From Patescibacteria group bacterium (GTDB lineage Bacteria > Patescibacteriota > Minisyncoccia > RBG-13-40-8-A): 32,000 bases of DNA. The notes under the pieces were generated by a model that was not told the DNA's origin, ran no database searches, and worked only from the letters and a program-made list of their open reading frames with translations. Location: positions 1 through 32,000 of the forward strand of contig JAKJED010000004.1 of assembly GCA_022705575.1 (NCBI GenBank). Reading direction: 5' to 3'. Shown one piece after another: positions 6,874 to 15,770 of the stretch. The position numbers and the translations under genes are program-made. Position 1 is the first letter of the stretch; each line of letters begins with the position of its first letter.

Positions 6874-7131
6874 ATGCACGATATGCATTTGGCGGAGCAG
6901 ATATTAAAAATTGTTCTGGAACACGCCGAGAAAAACAATTTTAAGCAGATTAAAAAAATCGAGCTGGAACTCGGTTCAATTTTAGAGCACGGAGAATACA
7001 TTTCTCCAGAAAATTTGATTTTTAATTTTAAATTACTTTCTAAAAATACTTCCGCTGAAAATGCAGAATTAAATATTGAAAAAGTTTCCGGCGATGATTG
7101 GAAACTTGTTTCTATGGAGGGAGGTGAGTAG
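6874..7131 (+). CDS. hypA: HypA-like nickel metallochaperone lacking the zinc-finger domain (85 aa)
   Basis: It begins MHDMHLAEQILKIV (compare the HypA Ni-binding MHE + LA..I) and ends GDDWKLVSMEGGE (compare HypA G.EL.I.S.E). It contains no Cys at all, so both CxxC pairs are missing. The ATG is 1 nt after the large-subunit TGA. Confidence 0.65.
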   Translation: MHDMHLAEQILKIVLEHAEKNNFKQIKKIELELGSILEHGEYISPENLIFNFKLLSKNTSAENAELNIEKVSGDDWKLVSMEGGE

Positions 7132-7147
7132 AAGTGTTCTTTAAAAT

Positions 7148-8161
7148 TTATTTTAATGTGGTTCTAACAATTTTTTTGTGGCCGTTAAGAAAATCTTTTG
7201 CCGACATTGAATTTTTGCCCTCCAGTTGGAGGGTTTTTAAAATTAAAATGCCATTGCCGGTTTGGACGGCAAGATTTCCTTGATCTGTAAGGAATGTGTT
7301 GCCAATCCCTTTGATTTCCCCTTGAGTTCCCTCCATCGACGGATTATTCGAAGGGTTATCCATGGGGCTACCTAAAGAGTTCGAAGGGGATTCAATGTTT
7401 GCCTCTAATATTTTTAAAACCTTACCATTGAAATCCGTATAACTTTCCGGCCATTCTTGAAACGCCCGAATTTGACAATCAATTTTTTCCGCTGATTTGT
7501 TCCAATCAATTTTTCCATCTTCTTTTCTAATCAACTTGCAAAGAGTTGCCTGCGAATGGTCTTGTTCTTGTGGTTTGATTTTTCCATCAATATAATCCGG
7601 CAGAACTTTAATTAAAAGTTTTGCACCTAAATCAGAAAGTTGTTTTGATAATTCTGTATATGTCGGTTTATTGGAAATTGAAAATTGTAAATTAGAAATT
7701 ATTTGACCATGATCCATTTCTGCGTCCATAATCATTAAACAAACCCCTGTTTCTTTTTCGCCATTTAATATAACTGATTGGATAGGGGATGCACCTCGAT
7801 ATTTTGGCAAAAGTGAGGGGTGAATGTTTAAAGCTTTATATTTTGGTATGTCCAAAATTTCTTGGGGAATAATTTGGCCAAAAGCAGTCAAGATTATTAA
7901 ATCCGGATTCAAATTCTTAATTTTAGCCACCCATTCGGGTTTTCTGATTTTATCAGGCTGTAGAACCATTAATTTGGCCTCTGTAGCCCATTTTTTGACA
8001 GGAGAGGGGGAAAGTACCTGTTTTCTGCCAATGGGCTTATCAGGGGCTGTAACCACTGTTATTATCTCAAATTGATCTTTAAGAGAATCATAAAATTTAC
8101 GAAAAATGCTTTCCGCAAATTCCGGCGTCCCCATTAAAATTGTTCTAATTTTATTTTGCAT
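7148..8161 (-). CDS. fmt: Methionyl-tRNA formyltransferase
   Basis: ILMGTPEFA, NIHPSLLPKYRGASPIQ and the C-terminal LQLEGKNSMSAKDFLNG match Fmt family blocks. It overlaps the def stop by 11 nt. Confidence 0.9.
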   Translation of the reverse strand: MQNKIRTILMGTPEFAESIFRKFYDSLKDQFEIITVVTAPDKPIGRKQVLSPSPVKKWATEAKLMVLQPDKIRKPEWVAKIKNLNPDLIILTAFGQIIPQEILDIPKYKALNIHPSLLPKYRGASPIQSVILNGEKETGVCLMIMDAEMDHGQIISNLQFSISNKPTYTELSKQLSDLGAKLLIKVLPDYIDGKIKPQEQDHSQATLCKLIRKEDGKIDWNKSAEKIDCQIRAFQEWPESYTDFNGKVLKILEANIESPSNSLGSPMDNPSNNPSMEGTQGEIKGIGNTFLTDQGNLAVQTGNGILILKTLQLEGKNSMSAKDFLNGHKKIVRTTLK

Positions 8162-8594
8162 TGTCGCAGATTAAAATTCCGTTAAGATGATCGTTTTCGT
8201 GTTGAATTGCGCGTGCCAGTAAATTTTTTGCCTTTAATTTGAATTGTTTGCCTTTTTCGTCAATTGCTTTGATTTTTAATGATTTCGCACGTTTGATTGG
8301 CATAAATGTATTTGGCAGGCTCAAACAACCCTCTTCAATAATTTCTGTTTTTGATGATAATTTGATAATTTCAGGATTTATAAATACGCAATTTTTTGAA
8401 TAATTGTTATCAATGACAAATAATTGTATATTTTTTCCAATTTGGCACGCGGATAGTCCAATGCCATTATCTTTTTTCATTGTTTCTTGCATATTTTCAA
8501 TTAAATTCAAAATTTCCGCATTTATTTCTTTTACGGGTTCTGATTTTTTTCTTAAAACAGGATTATTTTTTCCGGTTTGGATTTCCAGTTTCAT
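8151..8594 (-). CDS. def: Peptide deformylase
   Basis: All three PDF motifs are present: GIGLSACQIG, EGCLSLP and QHENDHLNG. Confidence 0.9.
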   Translation of the reverse strand: MKLEIQTGKNNPVLRKKSEPVKEINAEILNLIENMQETMKKDNGIGLSACQIGKNIQLFVIDNNYSKNCVFINPEIIKLSSKTEIIEEGCLSLPNTFMPIKRAKSLKIKAIDEKGKQFKLKAKNLLARAIQHENDHLNGILICDNAK

Positions 8595-8823
8595 TTTTTT
8601 TATCTTTTTTATCTTTAGACAAATACATAAAAAGTTTTGCTCGAGATTCGATATCTTTCAATTGTTTCATTTCTGAAAATATTTGGTAAGCTCGGTTTTT
8701 ACCGATTCTTTTTATTACGCCTAAATATAATGCAAATTTTTTTGGTTCATTGCAATATTCGCTAATGTCTTTGGCAATGGCATGTATTTCTGAATGTATG
8801 CCATGAATTGGTTTGGTTAGCAT
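8563..8823 (-). CDS. Hypothetical small protein (86 aa) with a Lys-rich tail
   Basis: ORF preceded by TGaTAAAAT-N6-ATG, the same promoter geometry as other first genes here. Its 3' end overlaps the def start by 32 nt. No family recognised. Confidence 0.5.
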   Translation of the reverse strand: MLTKPIHGIHSEIHAIAKDISEYCNEPKKFALYLGVIKRIGKNRAYQIFSEMKQLKDIESRAKLFMYLSKDKKDKKNETGNPNRKK

Positions 8824-8829
8824 ATTTTT

Positions 8830-8838
8830 ATTTTATCA
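8830..8838 (-). promoter_or_regulatory. Extended -10 (TGaTAAAAT) 6 nt upstream of the ATG at 8823
   Basis: The minus strand reads TGATAAAAT-aaaaat-ATG. Confidence 0.45.
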
Positions 8839-8846
8839 CTTTTAAA

Positions 8847-8855
8847 TGGTATAAT
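8847..8855 (+). promoter_or_regulatory. Extended -10 (TGgTATAAT) 6 nt upstream of the ATG at 8862
   Basis: TGGTATAAT-aaagat-ATG. It lies back-to-back with the minus-strand element 9 bp away. Confidence 0.5.
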
Positions 8856-8861
8856 AAAGAT

Positions 8862-9467
8862 ATGATCAAGAAAAGAATATTTATTGCCATTAATTTATCA
8901 AAGCAAATAAAAAAACAACTTTTTGATTGGGAGCTGAAATTAGAACAAGAATACAAATTAGGAGAATTTCGCGGGAAAAACATTAATTGGGTAATTAAAG
9001 ATAATTTGCACATTACCTTGGTTTTTATCGGTTATGCCACAGATGATGAAATTTATGATATTGCTAAAAAAATGAAAAGTGTTGCTAAAAAACATCAACC
9101 ATTTTTTATAAATTTAGAAAAAATTATTCTTGGCCCCGCATCATCAATAAACAGGCCGCTGAAATCAAAAAGAATGTTCTGGGTTGAAGGAGAAAAAAGC
9201 CAAGAATTGGCAAAATTACAGAATGATTTAGAGGGTGCATTAAACATGAATGATAATTATCAAAAAGAACTTTATGTTTTTAATCCGCATATTACTTTGG
9301 CAAGATTCAAATCATCCGAGGTTGTTAAAAGAATTAAAGAGCAGGGGATAGTTGATAAAAAAATAAGTTATCAGATTTCAGTAGACAATATTGAATTAAT
9401 GCAATCAAATCTTAGTCGTCGTGGTCCGGAATATATAGTTTTAGAATCAATAGAATTAGGAAAATGA
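8862..9467 (+). CDS. thpR: RNA 2',3'-cyclic phosphodiesterase (2H phosphoesterase, LigT/ThpR family)
   Basis: Two H-x-T-x motifs (HITLVF and HITLAR) at the correct spacing. The start is moved to the ATG at 8862 (MIKKRIFIAINL); the track start at 8808 overlaps the divergent ORF. Confidence 0.8.
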   Translation: MIKKRIFIAINLSKQIKKQLFDWELKLEQEYKLGEFRGKNINWVIKDNLHITLVFIGYATDDEIYDIAKKMKSVAKKHQPFFINLEKIILGPASSINRPLKSKRMFWVEGEKSQELAKLQNDLEGALNMNDNYQKELYVFNPHITLARFKSSEVVKRIKEQGIVDKKISYQISVDNIELMQSNLSRRGPEYIVLESIELGK

Positions 9468-9518
9468 GCTTTGTTAGATATCTTATGGATGTTTGCGAGG
9501 TTCATAATTAATAAAACC

Positions 9519-10289
9519 ATGTTTAACGAGGCGAAGGTTGAAATTTTTGGAATAAAATTTGATAATTTGACGATGGAAGAGGTGGTGGAAAGATTAGAAA
9601 AGTCTTTATTCGTCAGCAAGCAGAAATTCGTAGTTTTGCCGTATTCGGAATTTGTGGTTAGAGCGCAAAAAAATGAAGAATTCAGAAATATTTTGAATAG
9701 CGCAGATTTTTGTTTGTGCGAAGGAAAAGGATTGTATTTGATGGCAAAATTGATTGGAAAAAAATTGAAACAAAATATAAACGGAATAGAGTTAATTTAT
9801 AATATTTGTAATAATTTCCAATTTTCAATTTCCAATTTTCAATCAAATTTCAATAATCAATTTTCAAAACCCAAGATATTTTTATTTGGCGGAACTGAAA
9901 ACATTGTTAAAAAAACAGCGGAGAAATTAGGAAATAATGTTGTTGGGTTTGATCATGGATATCTGGAATATGACCCAGTAATTCAGAAAATAAACTTAAT
10001 TGAACCAAATATTCTATTGGTTGGATTAGGAAGCCCGAAACAGGAAGAATTTATTTATGAAAATTTACATAAAATGCCGAGTATAAAATTAGCAATCGGC
10101 GTAGGGGGGGCATTTGATTTTATTTCCGGACAGGTTAAACGCGCTCCAAAATTTATGCAAAAAACAGGCACAGAATGGTTATGGAGATTAATTATACAGC
10201 CAAAAAGATTCAAAAGAATTTTTAAGGGGGTTGGCGGTTTGATTTGTTTAACTTTCAAAAATATGTTATGTTTATTAATTCGGTTTTAG
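9519..10289 (+). CDS. WecB/TagA/CpsF-family (GT26) glycosyltransferase
   Basis: IFGIKFDNLTMEEVV, LLVGLGSPKQEEFI, GVGGAFDFISGQVKRAP and EWLWRLIIQPKR are family blocks. The likely start is the ATG at 9519 (MFNEAKVEIFG) rather than 9471. Confidence 0.8.
   Translation: MFNEAKVEIFGIKFDNLTMEEVVERLEKSLFVSKQKFVVLPYSEFVVRAQKNEEFRNILNSADFCLCEGKGLYLMAKLIGKKLKQNINGIELIYNICNNFQFSISNFQSNFNNQFSKPKIFLFGGTENIVKKTAEKLGNNVVGFDHGYLEYDPVIQKINLIEPNILLVGLGSPKQEEFIYENLHKMPSIKLAIGVGGAFDFISGQVKRAPKFMQKTGTEWLWRLIIQPKRFKRIFKGVGGLICLTFKNMLCLLIRF
9815..9870 (+). repeat. Heptanucleotide-phased simple repeat inside the TagA-like CDS
   Basis: TTTCCAA TTTTCAA TTTCCAA TTTTCAA TCAAATT TCAATAA TCAATTT TCAAAAC. It encodes FQFSISNFQSNFNNQFS, an apparent insertion relative to the family. 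Confidence 0.7.
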
Positions 10290-10315
10290 TATACTAATTT
10301 TTAGTAAAATAAATT

Positions 10316-11410
10316 ATGGCTTCTGTAAATAATTATAATAAAAAAATTGGAATTGATTGTCATGTACTGGATAAGACAAGAACCGGCGTAGCTCGTTATT
10401 TGTCGAATTTGTTGGGTTATTGGAAAAATGAAAAAAACACGGAATTTATTTTTTATTCAATGCAAAATGTTAAAAACCCGTTTAAAATTAAAAGTACTGC
10501 ATTGTATTATAATTTTTCTTTGCCACGTAAGGCAAAAAAAGACAAAGTTGATATTTTATTTCTTCCGTTTTATATGCGCCCGTTTTTTTGTAGCGTTCCA
10601 ACCGTTGTAGCAATACATGATATTTCTTATATTACACATCCTGAATGGTTTAATCTATATCATAGATTGGCTTATAAAATATTGGTTCGAAGAGCAGTTA
10701 AAAAATCAAAAGTAATTTTTGCTTGTTCGGAATATACTAAAAACGAAATTTTAAAATATTATTCTTCTTCTGCAAACATATATGTTGTTCCTCTTGCCGC
10801 AGACAAGAAATTCAATGCGATAAAAAACGAAAATAAAATTCAGACAATTAAAAATAAATACGGATTAAAAAATAAATATTTATTTTATGCTGGAACAATT
10901 TTTAATCGTAGGCATGTGTTGGAATTAATTGAAGCGTTTAAATTGATTTTAACGGAATTTCCCGACCGTCAATTGTTAATTAGCGGAAAAGATTTAACAA
11001 ATCCACATCAAAATATCGATAAAATAATTGAAAACGTTCCTCAAATTAAAAAAATTAATTATGTTGATGAAGAAGATTTGATTTATTTGTATCAGGGAGC
11101 AGAAATTTTTATTTATCTTTCCGAATATGAGGGGTTTGGTTTGCCTCCCTTAGAAGCAATGGCTTGCGGAACGCCAGTTTTAACCACAAGAATGACTTCG
11201 TTAAACGAGGTTTTGGGTGATTATTCGATTGCAGTTGATAATCCGTACGATGTTAATGAAATTAAAGATAAAATAACAAAAATATTAAGTGATGAAAATT
11301 TAAGAAAAAATATGATTGAAAAAGGATTGCAGCGCGTTGAAAATTTTTCTTGGGAAAAAACAGCGCAAAAAACATATAAAATACTAATTTCTAATTATCC
11401 TGATGTCTGA
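10316..11410 (+). CDS. Glycosyltransferase family 4 (GT-B, RfaB-like)
   Basis: C-terminal [22 protein letters not shown] (the E-x7-E motif region), with length and layout typical of GT4. Confidence 0.85.
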   Translation: MASVNNYNKKIGIDCHVLDKTRTGVARYLSNLLGYWKNEKNTEFIFYSMQNVKNPFKIKSTALYYNFSLPRKAKKDKVDILFLPFYMRPFFCSVPTVVAIHDISYITHPEWFNLYHRLAYKILVRRAVKKSKVIFACSEYTKNEILKYYSSSANIYVVPLAADKKFNAIKNENKIQTIKNKYGLKNKYLFYAGTIFNRRHVLELIEAFKLILTEFPDRQLLISGKDLTNPHQNIDKIIENVPQIKKINYVDEEDLIYLYQGAEIFIYLSEYEGFGLPPLEAMACGTPVLTTRMTSLNEVLGDYSIAVDNPYDVNEIKDKITKILSDENLRKNMIEKGLQRVENFSWEKTAQKTYKILISNYPDV

Positions 11411-12926
11411 ATATTCTAAAAACAACACCGTATTTTGGATTTTGTTAGGAATTGAAATTTTAGCATTGGTTCTGGTTTGTTTGAATGTGTTACCAAGAGA
11501 ATTGGTTTTAGTTTCTAATGCTATAGTGTTGTTTTATTTAATTGTCAGTCCGATAGAAGACGGATTATTTCTTTTTGTCGCTTCTATCCCTGTTTTGGTT
11601 GCTTTACCGATATCGGAAAGCTTTGATTCATTAAGTGTCGGCAGAATATTTATTTTGGTTTTATTTTTTAAGTGGTTGTTGTCTAAAAAACAAATTAAAT
11701 TTCAACGAATAGAAATTTTATCGATTTTATTATTATTAACGATGACTCTTTCAATTATACCGGCAATAGACAAAATAGTAGCAATTAAAAAAATTATTTA
11801 TTTGGTCAATTTAACCGCTTTAATTATAATTGTTAAAAGTACAATTAAAGATAATGTTGTTTTTAATAAAATAGGCAAGGCAATTTTAATTTCCGGAGGG
11901 ATAGTATTTTTAATTGCGTTAATCCAATTGATTATTATTTATTTTTTTACACTCGGCGGATTTTGGGATTGGTGGGCTAATCATGTTTCTTATAATTTTT
12001 ACGGAGAAAATTTAAAACAAATCGTTAAAACAAATAATGCTTGGTTTGCCTCATCGCCAAATAGTTCATCGGTATTAAGAATTTTTGGTTCGTTTACCGA
12101 TCCACACAGCTTTTCTTTGTATTTATTATTAGTTATTCCTTTTATGATTGTTTATGCGATTCCATTTGTGCAAAATAAAATTCGAGAAGGAAAAATTTCA
12201 AAACAACAAATTATTTGGTTGATTTGGCTGGTTTCTAGTTTGTTTTTTGTTATTCTTTCAGGAACCAGAGGAATATGGTTTGGGATTGTTTTTGCGATTT
12301 TTGTTTGCATATATTTGTTTATTAAAAAAATGAATTCAAACTGTGTTGTTTCTGCCATTATGATAGTTTTAATAATTTTTATAATATTAATTCCGATCGT
12401 TTCTGCTTTTACAGCCATTCCGCAATTTAAAGAATCGGGAGGGAGCGATGCGAGTTTAATCATAAAAAGATTAGTATCAATACTTAATTTAGACGAAACA
12501 TCCAATCAGGGGCGAGTATATATTTGGAAAAAATCTTTTGAAAGTTTTAAGAAATATCCGATATTGGGAATTGGTGCGGGAAATTTTCCGATTATATTGA
12601 AACAAGATATAGCGCTGGCAAAAGCCGGTTCTTCTGCACATAATTTATATTTGAATTTTTTAGTTGAAAACGGTATTTTTGCATTTATTTTGATTGTTTT
12701 GATTGTTTTAGAAATTTTATTAAATATTTTTACTGTTTTGAAAAAAAATTTGTCGCCGGATAAAAGAAAATTAATTACTGCAATATTTGTTTTTTTTGTG
12801 TGGATTTTTGGTTATAGTTTATTTGATATTGCGCTTTTGGACGAAAGAGTATTTTTATTATTTTTAACAATTTTGGGAATGATTTTGGCAATTGAAAGAA
12901 ATCCCGAAGTTTTAAAATATGAATAA
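11403..12926 (+). CDS. O-antigen ligase/polymerase (Wzy_C)-family polytopic membrane protein
   Basis: At least 10 TM helices, GTRGIWFG, PILGIGAGNFP and SSAHNLYLNFLVENGI blocks. It overlaps the upstream gene by 8 nt. Confidence 0.8.
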   Translation: MSEYSKNNTVFWILLGIEILALVLVCLNVLPRELVLVSNAIVLFYLIVSPIEDGLFLFVASIPVLVALPISESFDSLSVGRIFILVLFFKWLLSKKQIKFQRIEILSILLLLTMTLSIIPAIDKIVAIKKIIYLVNLTALIIIVKSTIKDNVVFNKIGKAILISGGIVFLIALIQLIIIYFFTLGGFWDWWANHVSYNFYGENLKQIVKTNNAWFASSPNSSSVLRIFGSFTDPHSFSLYLLLVIPFMIVYAIPFVQNKIREGKISKQQIIWLIWLVSSLFFVILSGTRGIWFGIVFAIFVCIYLFIKKMNSNCVVSAIMIVLIIFIILIPIVSAFTAIPQFKESGGSDASLIIKRLVSILNLDETSNQGRVYIWKKSFESFKKYPILGIGAGNFPIILKQDIALAKAGSSAHNLYLNFLVENGIFAFILIVLIVLEILLNIFTVLKKNLSPDKRKLITAIFVFFVWIFGYSLFDIALLDERVFLLFLTILGMILAIERNPEVLKYE

Positions 12927-13884
12927 ATTGGTTTCAATCATTGTTTTGACCTATAATTCGGAAAAATACATTAAAAACTGTCTGCAGTCTATTTTTAAGC
13001 AGACATACAAGAATATTGAATTGATTGTTATTGATAGTAATTCTGAGGATAAGAGTGTAGATTTAATAAGGGAAACTCTAAGGGAGTATAAGGGGGCGCA
13101 AAAGGTAATTTTAAGTGATAAAAATTTAGGATATGCAAAAGGAAATAATCTCGGAATCAAACAATCTAAAGGGGATTATGTCGTAATTTTGAATCCTGAC
13201 ATTGTTTTAGATAAAGATTTTATTCAAAAAATAATTGATACTTTTGAGAAAGATAAAAAAATCGGTTCGGTTCAGGCAAAAATTTTACAGCTTAATCATG
13301 GAATAAAAACAAACATTATTGATACTGTTGGATTCAAATTTTTAAAATCAGGAGAAATAAACGATTTAGGGCAAGGAAATGAAGATAAACAACAATACGA
13401 TAATTTACAGCAAGTTTTTGGGACAAACGGAGTAGCGCCGGCGTATAGACGAATTGCTTTAGATAGTATAAAATTAAAAGAAGAATATTTTGATGAAGAT
13501 TTTTTTTGTTATGTAGAAGATTTTGATTTGGCATGGAGATTAAATTTACAAAATTGGCTATGTGTTTTTGAATCCAAGGCAATTGTTTGGCACGATAGAA
13601 CAAGTTCAAAATCAATCAGTGGGGGATGGAAAGAGTTTAGGCAAACCAGGAAGTCGCAATCGTTATGGCTACGAAGAATCAGTTGGCGTAATATGTGGTT
13701 GACATATATTAAAAATCTTTCGTTGAAATTATTTTTTCATCCGCAATTCATAAAACGTCAAATTAAATTCGTTGTTTATCTTTTATTTTTTGAGCCGCGA
13801 GTTTTATTCGCAAAATTTGAAATTATAAAATTTTTGCCAAAAATGTTAAAAAAGAGAAAATTAATGCAAAAAAAATTATGTTAG
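12919..13884 (+). CDS. Glycosyltransferase family 2
   Basis: VSIIVLTYNSEKYIKNCLQSIFKQTY, IVIDSNSED, GYAKGNN and ILNPD (the DxD region) are GT-A/GT2 signatures. It has an 8-nt overlap with the upstream gene. Confidence 0.85.
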   Translation: MNKLVSIIVLTYNSEKYIKNCLQSIFKQTYKNIELIVIDSNSEDKSVDLIRETLREYKGAQKVILSDKNLGYAKGNNLGIKQSKGDYVVILNPDIVLDKDFIQKIIDTFEKDKKIGSVQAKILQLNHGIKTNIIDTVGFKFLKSGEINDLGQGNEDKQQYDNLQQVFGTNGVAPAYRRIALDSIKLKEEYFDEDFFCYVEDFDLAWRLNLQNWLCVFESKAIVWHDRTSSKSISGGWKEFRQTRKSQSLWLRRISWRNMWLTYIKNLSLKLFFHPQFIKRQIKFVVYLLFFEPRVLFAKFEIIKFLPKMLKKRKLMQKKLC

Positions 13885-14975
13885 ACTCAATTACTCCTCC
13901 GAAAGGATTTAAAAAAATATTCAGAAGGCACGATAAGAAACAAAATGATCGATTTGAAACAAAAATTTCTAAAAAAATCAATAAAAAGAAATTAATTATT
14001 TGGATTGTAATTATCGTTATTTTGCTTGTTCCGGCCTTTTATTTGTTTAAAACCGGGTCTGCTTTTTCTAAAATTATTACGATTAAAAATATCGCTTGGG
14101 AGAAAATTTTTGGTAAATTGCCGAGTTCGGAATATACTCCGCTTAAAGATGAAAACAGAATTAATTTTTTGCTTTTAGGCATAAGAGGGGACAATGATCC
14201 TAACGCCGGAGCATGGCTTACTGATGCGATTATGATTGTGAGTATGGAAAAAAATACAGGAAAAATCGCATTAATTTCTGTTCCGCGGGATTTATATCTG
14301 CAAATGCCAGGAGAGGCAATTTATGAAAAAATTAATACTGTTTATGCGATTGGAAATAAAAAGTATGACAGCGGGTTAGATTATGCAAAAAAAACATTGG
14401 CGTATTTGACTGGAATTTATATTGATTATGCTATAGAAGTAAATTTTGATGCTTTTAAAGATATCGTAGAAATTTTAGGAGGCATAAAAGTTAATTTAGA
14501 AAAAGCATTTATAGAAAGTAATCAATGGGGGTGCGACGCAATGGGTAAAAATTGTATGGTATTTAAAATTGATGCTGGAGAGCAAAATTTAAACGGGGAA
14601 AGCGCGTTATTGTATGTGCGTTCAAGATTTTCCAGTAGCGATTTTGACCGCATCAGAAGACAACAGCAGGTGATGATAGCTTTAAAAGATAAAATTTTAT
14701 CGTTGGGAATATTGGCAGATCCGTTAAAGGTGAGTGGAATTATTGATGTATTGTCGAAAAATATTGTAACCGATGTTAGTCCATGGCAGATTCCGGAATT
14801 AATTATTTTGGCAGGTAAAGCAAAAACCGACAATATTACCAGAAAAGTTTTTGAGAATTCTTCGGAAGGGATGCTTTATGAATCAAAAATTAATGGAATG
14901 TATGTTCTTTTGCCTACAGATGCAACCTTTAATAATATTCGAGAAGCGTGTCAAAATATTTTTAAACAAAATTAA
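13878..14975 (+). CDS. LytR-CpsA-Psr (LCP) family glycopolymer-peptidoglycan ligase
   Basis: N-terminal TM helix, then LLLGIRGD, TDAIMIVSM, ISVPRDLY, KINTVYA and LLYVRSRF blocks typical of the LCP domain. Confidence 0.85.
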   Translation: MLDSITPPKGFKKIFRRHDKKQNDRFETKISKKINKKKLIIWIVIIVILLVPAFYLFKTGSAFSKIITIKNIAWEKIFGKLPSSEYTPLKDENRINFLLLGIRGDNDPNAGAWLTDAIMIVSMEKNTGKIALISVPRDLYLQMPGEAIYEKINTVYAIGNKKYDSGLDYAKKTLAYLTGIYIDYAIEVNFDAFKDIVEILGGIKVNLEKAFIESNQWGCDAMGKNCMVFKIDAGEQNLNGESALLYVRSRFSSSDFDRIRRQQQVMIALKDKILSLGILADPLKVSGIIDVLSKNIVTDVSPWQIPELIILAGKAKTDNITRKVFENSSEGMLYESKINGMYVLLPTDATFNNIREACQNIFKQN

Positions 14976-14981
14976 ATAAAA

Positions 14982-15770
14982 ATGAAGCTTTCCATTATTA
15001 TTACTCATCATTTGACTTCAAAATTGCTGGATCTTTGCATAAATTCAATTAATAAAACAATTGGAGGATTAAAGCATGAAATTATTGTGGTAAACAGTGA
15101 ATCAAAAGAGAAAGACGAGGAATTTATTAAAGACAAATGGCAAGAAATAGAAATTATTTCTTTTAAAAAAAATACCGGATATTCAAAATTAGTGAATACA
15201 GGCATTAAAAAAGCGACAGGGGACTTTATTTTGCTTTTAAATGCGGATATAATAGTTTTAGAAAATACAATATTAGAAATGATAAATTATCTGGAAGAAC
15301 ATGAAAATGTCGGAATCGTCGCTCCAAAATTAGAAGATTATATCGGAAATTTGCAGATTTCCTGTTTCAGCGATCCGATTCCCAGTATTATTCTTGCACG
15401 GCGTACATTTTGGGGGAAAACCAAAAAAGGCAAAAAATTATTAGAAAAAATTTCAGTTTTACACGATAATAATTTAGCAAAAGAAGTTGATTGGGTTCAG
15501 GGTTCGGCAATGATGTTTAAAAAAGACATAATCGATAAAGTTGGGTTTTGGGATGAAAGATTTTTCATGTATTTTGAGGATAGTGATTGGTGTAGAAGGG
15601 TAAGAAAAAAAGGATATAAGGTTATTTATTTGCCGACAGCAAAAATGGTGCATTATTACCACAGAAGCAGCAAAAAATTTGGAGTTTTGGGAGATTTAAT
15701 TTTTAACAAATATGCGCGTATTCATATCCTTAGCGCAATAAAGTATTTTAAAAAATATGGTTTTAAATAA
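14982..15770 (+). CDS. Glycosyltransferase family 2
   Basis: LSIIITHH, GYSKLVNTG, LLLNADI and FFMYFEDSDWCRR are GT2 (rhamnosyltransferase-like) blocks. Confidence 0.8.
   Translation: MKLSIIITHHLTSKLLDLCINSINKTIGGLKHEIIVVNSESKEKDEEFIKDKWQEIEIISFKKNTGYSKLVNTGIKKATGDFILLLNADIIVLENTILEMINYLEEHENVGIVAPKLEDYIGNLQISCFSDPIPSIILARRTFWGKTKKGKKLLEKISVLHDNNLAKEVDWVQGSAMMFKKDIIDKVGFWDERFFMYFEDSDWCRRVRKKGYKVIYLPTAKMVHYYHRSSKKFGVLGDLIFNKYARIHILSAIKYFKKYGFK

Noticed and set aside
7305-7400. A Ser/Pro/Asn-rich ~22-aa insertion (ESPSNSLGSPMDNPSNNPSMEGTQGEIKG) in the Fmt C-terminal domain. It has locally higher GC and a duplicated TTCGAAGGG.
   Set aside because: It looks like a lineage-specific surface-loop expansion by local duplication. 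It is in frame with intact flanking Fmt blocks, and nothing suggests an intein, a mobile insertion or a separate function.
8808-8861. N-terminal extensions used by the ORF track for thpR (8808), the TagA-like gene (9471), greA (31152) and possibly mraY (28189).
   Set aside because: The extensions overlap neighbouring genes or a leader hairpin and do not resemble the family N-termini. Internal ATGs at 8862, 9519 and 31107 give canonical N-termini, and 8862 has a -10 element at the recurrent spacing.
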